Shown: positions 39,737 to 49,494 of the stretch, one piece after another
How the letters are laid out: the number at the start of each line of letters is the position of its first letter
Position numbering within the stretch: the first letter of the stretch is position 1
DNA from: an uncultured delta proteobacterium
Lineage (GTDB): Bacteria > Myxococcota_A > Polyangia > Fen-1088
NCBI GenBank assembly: GCA_963767925.1
Contig: CAVYGB010000008.1
Coordinates: 3,200,001 to 3,264,000 of the forward strand
Length of the DNA stretch: 64,000 bases
Direction of reading: 5' to 3'
Notes under the pieces: generated by a model
Told to the model about the DNA's origin: nothing
The model's input: the letters and a program-made list of their open reading frames with translations, nothing else
Database searches by the model: none
Translations under genes and position numbers: made by a program

Positions 39737-41391
39737 CGGGGGTGAAGGCGCGTGAGCACCAGCAGGGTCTGGGGGCCGTCGATGTAGGGGGCCAGCGGGG
39801 CGTAGGGCGAGCTGGCGTCGGGAAAGCCGGTGACCCGCCGGGTGTTGAACTCGCCCCACATGGTGCCGGGGAAGAGCGGGATGGCGGGGGCGTTCTCGAC
39901 GAACAGCCACTGCAGGCGGTTGACCAGACGGCGCTCCTCGAGGGGATCGATGGTGTCGGCGAGCGCGCCGAGGATGGTGTCGGCTTCGGGCAGCCCGAAG
40001 CGGTGCCAGTTGTAGGCCGCCGCCTCCCCCAGCGGGCGCACGGTGGTCGTCGACATCAGCGAGCGGTAAAAGCCGTAGGGCGTGGTCACCAGGTCCGACC
40101 AGGCCATCGACAGGTCGAAGTCCCCGGTCTGTAGCTTCTCGAACCAGGCGTTCTGCTCGCTGGTCCGGAAGATCACGTCGAGGCCGACCGCGCGCAGGCC
40201 GCGGGCGGCGATCTGGGCCCCGGTGATCCAGTCGGAGAAGCCGGCCGGCACCTGCAGGGTCAGCGAGAGGACCCGGCCCCCCCTGGTGCGGCGGCGCCCG
40301 TCGGGGCCGCGGCGCAGGCCGGCCTCGTCGAGCAGCCGCTCGGCCCGGGCGGGGTCGTGTTCGACCCAGTCGCCGGCGGCGACCGCGGCGGGATCCCGGT
40401 AGCGGGCGTAGGCGTCCGACAGGCCGGTGGCGTCGGCCGGGCGGGTGTAGCCGTGCATGGCGATGCCGGTGATCCGCTTGCGGTCGAGGGCCAGGCTGAT
40501 CGCCTTGCGCACGCGCACGTCGTCGAGCGGGGGGCGGCGGGTGTTGGCGTAGAGGAACACGGTGGCGTCGAGCATCGGGAACCAGTAGTGGTGATGGACG
40601 GGATCCCGGTCCCGGTAGACGCGCCCGATGGCGGGGATGAACGATCCGGCCCAGTCGAGCTCGCCGTGCAGCAGGGCGAGGATGGCCTGCTCGTTGGCGG
40701 CGTAGGCCCGGAAGCGCAGCCCCCGCAGGGCGGGCTTGCCGGGCTGCCAGTAGCGGGGGTTGCGGCCCACTTCATAGACCTGGGGCCGGAAGAAGGTCAC
40801 CTCGGTGAAGGGTCCGGTGGCCACCGGGTGCTCGTTGGCGAAGGAGACCGGATCGGGGACGTCCCGCCAGCGGTGCTCGGGCACGATGGCCTGCTGGGCG
40901 ATCGGCTCGAGGGCGGGGGCGTGGGCCCGGGCCAGGGTGACCACGACGGTGTGCTCCCCCTCGACGGCCACCGCCGTCACGTGCTCCCACAACCCGCGCC
41001 CGTCGAGGGCCGGGTAGCGGCGCAGGAGCTGGAAGGTGAACACCACGTCGCGCGCGGCGAAGGGGGCCCCGTCCGACCAGAGCACGCCCGGCCGCAGGGC
41101 GAAGCGCAGGGTCTTGCGGTCCTCGCTCCAGGTGTACCGCTCGGCCAGCCAGGGGACGTACTGGCCGAGCAGCGGGTTGTGGACGAGCATCGGCTCGTAC
41201 ATCGCCCGGCGGGTCGGCCAGCGCACGGGGCCCGCCTCCAGCAGCGGGTTGAAGTTCCGCACGAAGGAGGCGGTCTGCTCGGTCTCCTCGACCGCGATCA
41301 CCCCGGGCGGCAGCTTCTCGCCCCGCGGGACACAGCCGAGCGCCAGGAGCGCCGCACAGCCGACCCGCCAGGCGACGCCGCTGAGACCCAT
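39733..41391 (-). CDS. Family-5 solute-binding lipoprotein (oligosaccharide-binding type)
   Basis: Lipobox ALGC; NFNPLL, YEPM, WSDGAPF, PVATGPF, GFSDW, EFNTRRVTGFP. Confidence 0.88.
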   Translation of the reverse strand: MGLSGVAWRVGCAALLALGCVPRGEKLPPGVIAVEETEQTASFVRNFNPLLEAGPVRWPTRRAMYEPMLVHNPLLGQYVPWLAERYTWSEDRKTLRFALRPGVLWSDGAPFAARDVVFTFQLLRRYPALDGRGLWEHVTAVAVEGEHTVVVTLARAHAPALEPIAQQAIVPEHRWRDVPDPVSFANEHPVATGPFTEVTFFRPQVYEVGRNPRYWQPGKPALRGLRFRAYAANEQAILALLHGELDWAGSFIPAIGRVYRDRDPVHHHYWFPMLDATVFLYANTRRPPLDDVRVRKAISLALDRKRITGIAMHGYTRPADATGLSDAYARYRDPAAVAAGDWVEHDPARAERLLDEAGLRRGPDGRRRTRGGRVLSLTLQVPAGFSDWITGAQIAARGLRAVGLDVIFRTSEQNAWFEKLQTGDFDLSMAWSDLVTTPYGFYRSLMSTTTVRPLGEAAAYNWHRFGLPEADTILGALADTIDPLEERRLVNRLQWLFVENAPAIPLFPGTMWGEFNTRRVTGFPDASSPYAPLAPYIDGPQTLLVLTRLHPR

Positions 41392-41588
41392 CGGGCACAT
41401 CTTAGCCCGCCTGGCCGCCAGCTTCGGCCCACGGCCGACGCACCGCCCTGAAGGGCGGGCCGGCGCGGGGGAGACGGCGGCGACGAGGGGGAGCACGGTC
41501 GATGGAGGAGACGCCCGGCGCGCGGATCTGGAGCACCCCGAGCCTCCGATCCGCCGGGGGGCGACCGAGGAGGCCCGCTCGCAGGGCG

Positions 41589-42275
41589 CTAACGCGGTTT
41601 GCGGCGCAGCGGGACGGTGGAGGCGTCGTGCCCGGCGAACTCCTGGAGGTAGCTGTTGCCCTTGTACTCCAGCTCCTGCTTCAGGCCGATCTCCGAGGAG
41701 TAGTAGGCGCGCGCCGCTTCGCGTTTGAGCTCCACGAAGAAGCGCTCCTCCGGCTTGACCGGCTTGCGCTCGTTGCGGGCCATCAGGGTGACGATGGCCA
41801 GCCGCCGGGCGGGGGTGATCGACAGGAAGGTGGCGCTGGCTCCGTACCGCCCGCGCGCCAGCTCGTCCACCAGCGCCAGCCCCTCGCGGAAGGTGCGCCG
41901 GTCGTCGACCGCGTCCTTGTCGAAGTCCGGGCCCTCGGCCAGGCGGCGATCGATCTCCTCGGCCACCTTGGCGGCGCGGGCGCCCGGGGAGTGAGCGTCG
42001 CTGGGGATGATGATCTCGCTCAGCTCGTCGACCAGGGCCAGCTCGGCGGCGGTCAGGAACTTGCCCGCCGCCCGGGGCTTGTCCGGGGTCGGCGCCGGCG
42101 GGGGCTGGGCCGCGGCCTGTCCGGCCGCGGCCAGCAGCACGGAGACCGCGCTGGCCGATCGGAGCAGGTCCCGGCGGGCCAGTCCCGAGTCGGGCCAGGG
42201 CTCGGCGAAGCTGGCCCCGGAGGTCCGCTCGCCCGCGGTCGCCTCGTCGTCGTCTTGGTCGCGGTATCGGCTCAT
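41589..42275 (-). CDS. Gluconate 2-dehydrogenase subunit 3-family protein (Tat carrier subunit)
   Basis: ARRDLL twin-arginine motif; EIIIPSDAHSPGA, FFVELK, YYSSEIG. Confidence 0.85.
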   Translation of the reverse strand: MSRYRDQDDDEATAGERTSGASFAEPWPDSGLARRDLLRSASAVSVLLAAAGQAAAQPPPAPTPDKPRAAGKFLTAAELALVDELSEIIIPSDAHSPGARAAKVAEEIDRRLAEGPDFDKDAVDDRRTFREGLALVDELARGRYGASATFLSITPARRLAIVTLMARNERKPVKPEERFFVELKREAARAYYSSEIGLKQELEYKGNSYLQEFAGHDASTVPLRRKPR

Positions 42276-44077
42276 CCGAGGTTCCTCCGCTTCATCTCTG
42301 CCGCCAGGTAGTCGCAGGACCGCCAGCAGAGCGCCATGATCGTCCAGGTGGGGTTCTGGCAGCCGGCGCTCACGTGGCTGGAACCGTCAACGACGAACAG
42401 GTTCTTCACGTCGTGGGACTGCTGGTACTGATTGAGGACGGAGGTCTTGGGGTCCGACCCCATGCGGGCGGTGCCGAGCTCGTGGATCGACCAGCCCACC
42501 GGCCGGATCCCGCCCCGGGCGTCGAGGATCTCGATGCCGGCGTCCTCGAACATCTCCCGGGCGGTGGCGGCCATGTCCTCGGCCATCTTCTTCTCGTTCT
42601 CCCCGAACTCGATGTTGAAGCGCAGCACGGGGATGCCCCAGCGGTCCTTGACCTGGGGATCGAGGGCGACGTGGTTCTCGTAGCGGGCCAGCACCTCGCC
42701 GAAGCCGCCCATGCCGATGGTGGCGCCGGCCTCGTCGCGCACCCGCTTCTTCCAGGCCCGCCCGAAGCCGGGCAGGCGGTTGGCCGTGCTGGCCCCGCTG
42801 CCCATCCCCATCCCGCTGCCCCCCTCGAAGCCGTAGCCCTTGACGAAGCCGCGCTGCTTGTCCTCCTTGCTCCGCTGCTTGCTGAGGTTGCGGAACTGGG
42901 GGATGTAAAAGCCGCCCGGCTTGCCGTCGTCGTTGGTGCGGGGCTTGCCCACCAGATCCTTGAGCAGGCCGCTCACCCCCGGGCCCATGAGGTGCTCGCA
43001 GAAGTTGTGGCCCACGTGTGAGCTGGAGTTGCCGATCCCGTTGGGGTGCTGGGCCGACTTCGACAGCAGCAGCAGGCGGGCCGACTCCAGGGTCGAGGCC
43101 GCCACCACCACCACCTTGCCCTTGGCCTCGTAGCTCTTGCGGGACTCGCTGTCGATGAACCCCACCCCCCGGGCCTTGCCGGTGTTCTTGTCGACCAGGA
43201 CCTCGTGCACGGTGGCGTCGGTGCGCAGGGTGAGGCGCCCGGTCTCCATGGCCGGGTAGATGAGGCCGGTGGGCGAGTCGAAGGAGGCGTGGATGTCGCA
43301 GCCCCCCACCCGGCGGCTGCAGGCCCCCCGCCCCCAGCAGCGGCTGCGGTACTTGTTGCCCTTGATCCCCTCGGTTGTGACGCCGGCCCGGTAGGGAGTG
43401 AGCACCCGCCCCTGGCCCGCCAGCTTGCGCCGCAGGTGCAGCTCGGCCGCGGTCAGCTTGATGGGGCGCTGGAAGATGCCGTCGGGCACGTGGGCCAGCC
43501 CCTCGGCGTGGCCGCTGATCCCGAGCAGGCGGTCGACCCGATCGTAGTAGGGCCCCACGTCGGCGTAGGAGATGGGCCAGTCCTCGCCGTGCCCGTCGTG
43601 GCTCTTGCCCTTGAACTCGTTGTCCGACATCCGCAGGGCCAGGCGGCCCCACAGGTTGGTCTTGCCGCCCAGCACGCGGGCCCGCACCCAGGCGTAGCGG
43701 GTGCCGGTGAAGGGGTGGTCCTTCTCGTCGACGAGGAGGTTCTTGCTGTAGTCCGAGCTGCCGCTGTTCTGCAGATAGGAGAAGACCTTCTCGAAGGGGG
43801 TCCCCTTGGTGTAAGGCGGCTCGCGCACGGCGTATTCGTTCATCGAGACGGCGCCGTAGCTGGGGGGCATCTTGCCCCGCCGGGGATGCTCCCAGGGCCA
43901 CTCCATCGAGCGCAGCTCCTCCTCGACGTTGAGGCGTTTGCCCGCCTCCAGCAGCAACACGTCGAGGCCGTGGTTGGTGAGCACGTAGGCGGCCATGCCG
44001 CCGGCCGCGCCCGACCCCACCACCACCACGTCGTATGTCCGGGTGAGATCCGCTTCCTTGACGCCAGCGTCGGCCAC
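42272..44077 (-). CDS. GMC-family FAD oxidoreductase (glycoside 3-dehydrogenase-like)
   Basis: VVGSGAAGG, LGGKTNLWG, DWPISY, IHELGTARMG, QNPTWTIMAL. Confidence 0.9.
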   Translation of the reverse strand: MADAGVKEADLTRTYDVVVVGSGAAGGMAAYVLTNHGLDVLLLEAGKRLNVEEELRSMEWPWEHPRRGKMPPSYGAVSMNEYAVREPPYTKGTPFEKVFSYLQNSGSSDYSKNLLVDEKDHPFTGTRYAWVRARVLGGKTNLWGRLALRMSDNEFKGKSHDGHGEDWPISYADVGPYYDRVDRLLGISGHAEGLAHVPDGIFQRPIKLTAAELHLRRKLAGQGRVLTPYRAGVTTEGIKGNKYRSRCWGRGACSRRVGGCDIHASFDSPTGLIYPAMETGRLTLRTDATVHEVLVDKNTGKARGVGFIDSESRKSYEAKGKVVVVAASTLESARLLLLSKSAQHPNGIGNSSSHVGHNFCEHLMGPGVSGLLKDLVGKPRTNDDGKPGGFYIPQFRNLSKQRSKEDKQRGFVKGYGFEGGSGMGMGSGASTANRLPGFGRAWKKRVRDEAGATIGMGGFGEVLARYENHVALDPQVKDRWGIPVLRFNIEFGENEKKMAEDMAATAREMFEDAGIEILDARGGIRPVGWSIHELGTARMGSDPKTSVLNQYQQSHDVKNLFVVDGSSHVSAGCQNPTWTIMALCWRSCDYLAAEMKRRNLG

Positions 44078-44088
44078 TTCGATCTCCG

Positions 44089-46767
44089 TCAGGGTGAGAG
44101 GTTGAGCCCGCTGAGCTCCACCGCGGGCCAGGCCGAGCCCAGATCCTGGGCCCGGAAGGTGGCGCTGATGGTCCGTTTTTCACCGGGCAGCAGCGAGAGG
44201 TAATTGTCCTGCCAGAGCACGGGCAAGATCTCCTCGCCCCTCGGACCCTTGGTGGCCTTGAGGCGCACGAAGAAGGCCAGGGTCGAGCTGGGGTTCTCCA
44301 GGTTGACGGTCGTGATCACCTCGGCCCCCCGGCGGGCGGTTCGGTTCTGCATCTTGAGCTTCACCTTCGGCAGCTTGGCCAGGGCGGTCAGGTCGGCGAA
44401 GCTCCTGGTCGGCGTGAGGTACCACTCGGACTTGTCCCAGTCCATCACGTCGGCCTTGGTGGGGAGCCAGTAGAGGTTCGAGCCCACCCGGCGGCCCCGG
44501 GCGTCCTCGAGCGAGAGGTGCACGAAGTAGGTCGGGCTCAGGCCGGTGAGCTGGGGCAACGTGATCACCTTCTGGGTGCTGTCGGGGCCGGCGTCGAAGG
44601 TGGTGGTCTGGGTGAACTTCTCGCTCATGTCGAGGTTGAGGACCCGGGCGGTGAGGCGGAGGCCCTTCTCCTCCTGGTACTTGCTGTTGACCACCCAGAT
44701 CGCCCGGTCGTCGTAGCCGTACAGGGGGTGCAGGGGCTCGAGGGCGATCTTGGCCCCGAAGTACCCGCCACCCGGACGCATGTAGTAGTCGTAGAGGTGC
44801 CAGATCAACCCCGGCCAGGCGTTGTTGAGCATCCACTGGATGACGCCGGTCGAGCCGTATTTGTTGCGGCTGTAGGCCTCGAACATCGCCCGGATGCCCT
44901 CGTAGGCCATGATCTGCGACTTGGCGGCGAAGTCCTCCACCGTCTCGGCGGTGCCGTAGCGGGCGTTGAGGGCGTTGGTGAACTTCTTGATGTCGGTGAA
45001 CACGTCGCCGCCGGCATGAAAGTCCCAGACCTCGTTCTGGGGCCAGAGCTTGTCGGGGGGGAACATCTTGCGCAGGCTCTCGATGGGCGGCGGCGCTGGA
45101 CCGGGGCTGGTCTCGCTGTTGAACCCGTAGGCCCCGCCGCGCTTGGAGTCCTCCATCCAGTACTGGGGCGGGATCCACTCGTAGGGGCCGGTCATCTTGA
45201 CCCCGCTTTCGCCCGAGAGAGGGGTGGGCTTGGCGGTGGCCGAGGAGACGACCGGGTTGGGCCAGCGCAGCTCCTCCTCGACCCGCAGGTACATCTTCTC
45301 CACCTCGGGCGGCGGGGGAAAGTCGCTGCCGTTGAGCCACATCACCGGGCTGGCCCGGCCGCGCAGCCGGTAGATCTGGCTGCGCAGGGACTTCTCGGCG
45401 ACCACGTGGTCCTCCGGCTTCCACTTGTCCCACTTCTCCCAGTGGTCGCAGCAACACCAGCCGGTCATCACGAGGATGCCCATGCGGTCGGTGAGGTCGA
45501 AGAAGTGCTCGGGCTCGAGCTTGCCCTCCTGGCGGACGGTGTTGAGGCCCATGTCGCGCACGTAGCGGAGCTGGTCCTCGATCTTCTTGCTGTCGTAGGT
45601 CAGCAACATGTCCGACGACCAGCCCGCCCCCCGGATGAGGACCTTCTTGCCGTTGATGGTGAAGACCCGCTTCTTGTCGGCGTTCAGCTCCGACTTGACC
45701 TCGCGGATGCCGACCTTGCTCGTGACGGTGTGGGCCAGCTTGCCCCCCACCTCGAACCGCATCGTCAGGTCGTAGAGGTGGGGCTCACCCATCTGCAGCG
45801 GCCACCAGAGCCGGGGCCGCTCCATCTTGAGCTGGTTGTACTGGGTGGGGGTGAAGGTCACGTCCTTCTTCTCGTTTGGCCCCAGCGTGACGTCCTGCTC
45901 GAAGCTGATCTTGTCGATGCGCCCCTTGAGCTTGCCGGTGAGGGGCGCGGCGGTGGCGTTCTGGACCAGCGCGGTCACGGTCAGCAGGGCGCTGTCGTTG
46001 TCGGGCTCGTTGACGTCGGCGAACACCGCCGGGTAGCGGACGGCGGCGGGGCCGCTGGTGCTGAGGTAGACCTCGCGCCACAGGCCCATCGATTTGTCGG
46101 GGGGGGCCGGGTTCCAGTCGACGAAGGTGATGGCGAGGTCGTTCTCCTTGGGGGTCCAGACCTGCACGGCGACGGCGTTCTGGGCGCCGGGCTTGATGTG
46201 TTCGGTGATGTTGAACTCGTAGGTGCGCAGGGCGCCGGCCGCCTCTTCCTGCCTGGCGATCTGCTGGCCGTTGACCCAGATGTTGGCCCGGTAGTTGATG
46301 CCGGCGAAGTGCAGCCAGACGCTCTGGCCCTTCCAGGCCGCCGGCACGGTGAACTGCTTGCGGTACCACCAGGGCACGGCGAAGGGGCTGTCGGCCGGCA
46401 TGGGGAACTTGGAGTAGTTCTTGCCGATCGGGTAGGCCATGCCCGGGTACGATCGGATGTTCATGCCGAAGTAGGGATCGGGGTAGACGTTGTTCTTGAC
46501 CAGGCCCCCCACCACGGTGCTCGGCACCGTGACGGGATACCAGCCCTCGGGCTTGTATCCGGCGGTGGCGATCCGATCGCCCGGATCCTTGATCTTGGCC
46601 GACGACTGCAGGCTCCAGCCCTCGGCCAGCGGCTGCACCGCCGCGGCGGCCGGGCCGGCCAGGGTCAGCAGGGCGAGGAGACCGGAGAACGAGGCGGCGG
46701 CGCGCGCGGGGCGGCCGGCGTGGGCGGAGACTGGCTCGCGCCGCGGGGCAATCACGGACTGACTCAT
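44089..46767 (-). CDS. GH2 glycosidase, exo-beta-D-glucosaminidase (CsxA-like)
   Basis: Signal peptide; VDWNPAPPD, MGLNTVRQEGK, GWCCCDHWE, NGSDF (Asp acid/base), KMTGPYEWIPP, FNSETSPG, WMLNNAWP. Confidence 0.85.
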   Translation of the reverse strand: MSQSVIAPRREPVSAHAGRPARAAASFSGLLALLTLAGPAAAAVQPLAEGWSLQSSAKIKDPGDRIATAGYKPEGWYPVTVPSTVVGGLVKNNVYPDPYFGMNIRSYPGMAYPIGKNYSKFPMPADSPFAVPWWYRKQFTVPAAWKGQSVWLHFAGINYRANIWVNGQQIARQEEAAGALRTYEFNITEHIKPGAQNAVAVQVWTPKENDLAITFVDWNPAPPDKSMGLWREVYLSTSGPAAVRYPAVFADVNEPDNDSALLTVTALVQNATAAPLTGKLKGRIDKISFEQDVTLGPNEKKDVTFTPTQYNQLKMERPRLWWPLQMGEPHLYDLTMRFEVGGKLAHTVTSKVGIREVKSELNADKKRVFTINGKKVLIRGAGWSSDMLLTYDSKKIEDQLRYVRDMGLNTVRQEGKLEPEHFFDLTDRMGILVMTGWCCCDHWEKWDKWKPEDHVVAEKSLRSQIYRLRGRASPVMWLNGSDFPPPPEVEKMYLRVEEELRWPNPVVSSATAKPTPLSGESGVKMTGPYEWIPPQYWMEDSKRGGAYGFNSETSPGPAPPPIESLRKMFPPDKLWPQNEVWDFHAGGDVFTDIKKFTNALNARYGTAETVEDFAAKSQIMAYEGIRAMFEAYSRNKYGSTGVIQWMLNNAWPGLIWHLYDYYMRPGGGYFGAKIALEPLHPLYGYDDRAIWVVNSKYQEEKGLRLTARVLNLDMSEKFTQTTTFDAGPDSTQKVITLPQLTGLSPTYFVHLSLEDARGRRVGSNLYWLPTKADVMDWDKSEWYLTPTRSFADLTALAKLPKVKLKMQNRTARRGAEVITTVNLENPSSTLAFFVRLKATKGPRGEEILPVLWQDNYLSLLPGEKRTISATFRAQDLGSAWPAVELSGLNLSP

Positions 46768-46915
46768 CGAACGGAGGTCCTTTCGGGGGGGGGCGGTCCT
46801 AGAGCAGTGGCCGCTCCCGGGCATTCCGGCTCCCAGAGGGCGCAATTGGCGCCACTATAGAACGCGAAATGGCGCGCCCGGCAAGGGTGGCGGGCGCCCG
46901 GGCCCTCTTTTTACC

Positions 46916-47869
46916 TCACTCTTCGCAGACGCGGTTGCGGCCTTCGCCCTTGGCCCGGTAAAGAGCTTGATCGGCCGCCGAGAGCAGCGCCGCCGGCGAT
47001 TCGTGCATGTGGGGCGGCACGGCGGTGGCGATCCCGAAGCTCGAGGTGACGAGCAGCAGATTTTCCCCGAAGTAGACCGGGGTGTCTTCGAGCCGCTTGC
47101 GCATGCGCTCGGCCACCGCCCGGGCCCCTTCCCGGCCCTCGCTGCGGACGATGACGCCGAACTCCTCGCCCCCCAGGCGGCAGGCCACGTCCTCCTGCCG
47201 CACGCAGCGCTTGATCAGGCGCGACACGTGGCGCAGCACCTCGTCGCCCGCGGGGTGGCCGAAGTCGTCGTTGACCCGCTTGAACAGGTCGAGGTCGCTG
47301 AGGATGATCGACAGCGGCCGCTGGTGGCGGGTGGAGAAGGCGTGCTCCTCGCGCAGGCGCTGATCGAAGAAGCGCCGGTTGTAAAGCTCGGTGAGGGGGT
47401 CCCGCATGGAGGACTCGTAGAGCTGGCGGGCGGCGTGGCGCTCGAGGGGGTCCTGCCGGGAGACGCTCAACACGGTGTGCCGGCCGAGGTGGATGCGGGA
47501 GCCCTCCTGCAGGCGGCAACGGCCCCGCACGATCTCCCCGTCGACGAAGGTGCCGTTGCTGCTCTCGAGATCCTCGATGTAGAGGCGTTCGCCCTCCGGC
47601 TCGGCCACCTTGAGGATGCGGCAGTGCCGGCGGGACAGCCCGGGATCGTTGAGGACCAGCGAGCAGGTCTCTCCCCGCCCCAGCACCGTCTCCCGCTCGT
47701 CGACCTCGCGGGCCAGGCCCATCTGGGGGCCGGCCAGGGCGGTCAACATGAACTGCCGCTCGAACTTCAGCCCGGCGCTGCTGGGCGCCGCGGACTCGAA
47801 GACGTCGGTCCCCTCCTCCCCGAAGCCAGCGAGAAACTGTGGAGAAGCTTCCTGCTTGTCCTCACCCAC
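46916..47869 (-). CDS. FHA-domain diguanylate cyclase
   Basis: FHA LGRG...LSRRHC...DLESSNGT; GGDEF domain DLDLFKRVND, RQED I-site, GGEEF. Confidence 0.92.
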   Translation of the reverse strand: MGEDKQEASPQFLAGFGEEGTDVFESAAPSSAGLKFERQFMLTALAGPQMGLAREVDERETVLGRGETCSLVLNDPGLSRRHCRILKVAEPEGERLYIEDLESSNGTFVDGEIVRGRCRLQEGSRIHLGRHTVLSVSRQDPLERHAARQLYESSMRDPLTELYNRRFFDQRLREEHAFSTRHQRPLSIILSDLDLFKRVNDDFGHPAGDEVLRHVSRLIKRCVRQEDVACRLGGEEFGVIVRSEGREGARAVAERMRKRLEDTPVYFGENLLLVTSSFGIATAVPPHMHESPAALLSAADQALYRAKGEGRNRVCEE

Positions 47870-47891
47870 GAACGTTCGACCTCCCCGGTAA

Positions 47892-49190
47892 TCATATACG
47901 GTTCCCGTGCTCCGCGTGGGTCACGCGCGCCGCGGGGACCCCCGGATGGCGCGCGCCAGCCGTCTGACGCAGGTGGGGCGGTGCGGACAGAGCCCCCCGC
48001 TCGCCTACCCCGTCACGTACATCTTGCTGGCCGCGCGACAGGCGCAGCCCCAGCGCCAGCGCCACGCTGAGGGCCACGGCGGCCGCCGCGCCGGTGAGCG
48101 CCCAGCGCAGCCGCCGCTTCTTTCCGCTGGGAGAGGCCTCGCTCCCCGGCCGCGGGCGGCGCTCCACCACCGTGACCCGCTTGGTCTCGGGGTGGGTGAA
48201 CACGCGCGCGGTGACCTCCAGCAAGCCCGCGCCCGCCGGCTGCTCGCGGCCCGGCTCGATGCCCTGCTCACGCAGAAAGCCAGCGGTCCGCATCCGGTCC
48301 CAGGCGAAGCGGGTCACCACCTCGGTCAGCTCGGCGGCGAAGGTGTCGGCGGTGTCGTAGCGACAGGACCGCTCGCGGGCCAGGGCCCGGCCCACGATCC
48401 GGTCGAGCTCGGCCGGGACGCCCGCCCGCTCGCGCGAGGGGGGACGCACCTTGCAGGCGCGCACCAGGGCCATGGTGTGCCGGTCGTCGTGGGCCCGGAA
48501 CAGGCGGCGGGCGGTCAGAAGCTCGTGCAGCAGGACGCCTGCGGCAAAGATGTCCGTCCGCCCGTCGAGCTCGAGCTCCCCCTCGAGGGCCTCGGGCGAC
48601 ATGTAGGCCACCTTCCCCTTGAGCGATCCGTTGCTCGGCTGCTCGGCCGGGCGCGCGCCCGCCATGGCCACCCCGAAGTCCACCAGCTTGACGCTGCCGT
48701 CGTAGCCGACCATGACGTTCGAGGGGCTGACGTCCCGGTGGATGATGGACAGGGGGTTTCCCTCCTCGTCCTTCAGGGCGTGGGCGTAGGCCAGGGCCAG
48801 CGCCACCTCCCGCACGAGGTAGGTGGCCATGCCGACCGGCACGGGCACGCCGTCGAGCCGCTTGAGCAGCTCGGCCAGGTTGACCCCGTGGACGTATTCC
48901 ATGGCCAGGTACAGCTCGCCCTCGTTCTCGGCGAACTCGAAGACCTGCACGATGTTGCTGTGGTTGAGCTGGGCCGAGAGCAGGGCCTCGGCGGTGAACA
49001 TCGCCACCAGCTCGGGGTCGAGGCAAAGGTGGGGCAAGATGCGCTTGACGACTACCAGTCGCTGGAAGTTCTGGGCGCCGTGGATGCGCGCCTTCCAGAT
49101 CTCCGCCATGCCGCCGCGGCCGATGGGCCGGATGAGCGTGTAGCGCCCGAACCGTCGGGCAATGGAGATCCTGCCCTCTGCTTCCGTCAC
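47892..49190 (-). CDS. Membrane Ser/Thr protein kinase (start approximate)
   Basis: IGRGGMAEIW, VVKR, IIHRDVSPSN, DFG, YMSPE; C-terminal TM helix. Confidence 0.9.
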   Translation of the reverse strand: MTEAEGRISIARRFGRYTLIRPIGRGGMAEIWKARIHGAQNFQRLVVVKRILPHLCLDPELVAMFTAEALLSAQLNHSNIVQVFEFAENEGELYLAMEYVHGVNLAELLKRLDGVPVPVGMATYLVREVALALAYAHALKDEEGNPLSIIHRDVSPSNVMVGYDGSVKLVDFGVAMAGARPAEQPSNGSLKGKVAYMSPEALEGELELDGRTDIFAAGVLLHELLTARRLFRAHDDRHTMALVRACKVRPPSRERAGVPAELDRIVGRALARERSCRYDTADTFAAELTEVVTRFAWDRMRTAGFLREQGIEPGREQPAGAGLLEVTARVFTHPETKRVTVVERRPRPGSEASPSGKKRRLRWALTGAAAAVALSVALALGLRLSRGQQDVRDGVGERGALSAPPHLRQTAGARHPGVPAARVTHAEHGNRI

Positions 49191-49494
49191 CGGACCCCCT
49201 CGCTGAGAACCCGCTCTGCCAAGCCAGCGTCTTGCCGGTTTCGACACCGCGGGGCCCCGGAAGTTAACACAGGCCTCCGGGCTTGAAACCGCCAACCTCG
49301 TCGGTCCCACCCTGATCCGTGGGCCTGATGGCGATGCCCCCGAGACGCATGCGCAACGAGAACGAGGGACCTTCGATCGGCGTCCCCGGACCGGTATCAT
49401 CTGAGTCGACACCCGCCCGTCGCGGAGGCCGGAGAAGCGCAGTTTTTCTCCGGGCCGATCCGGTGGTAAGCAGCGGGGACGGATTTACACCCAC

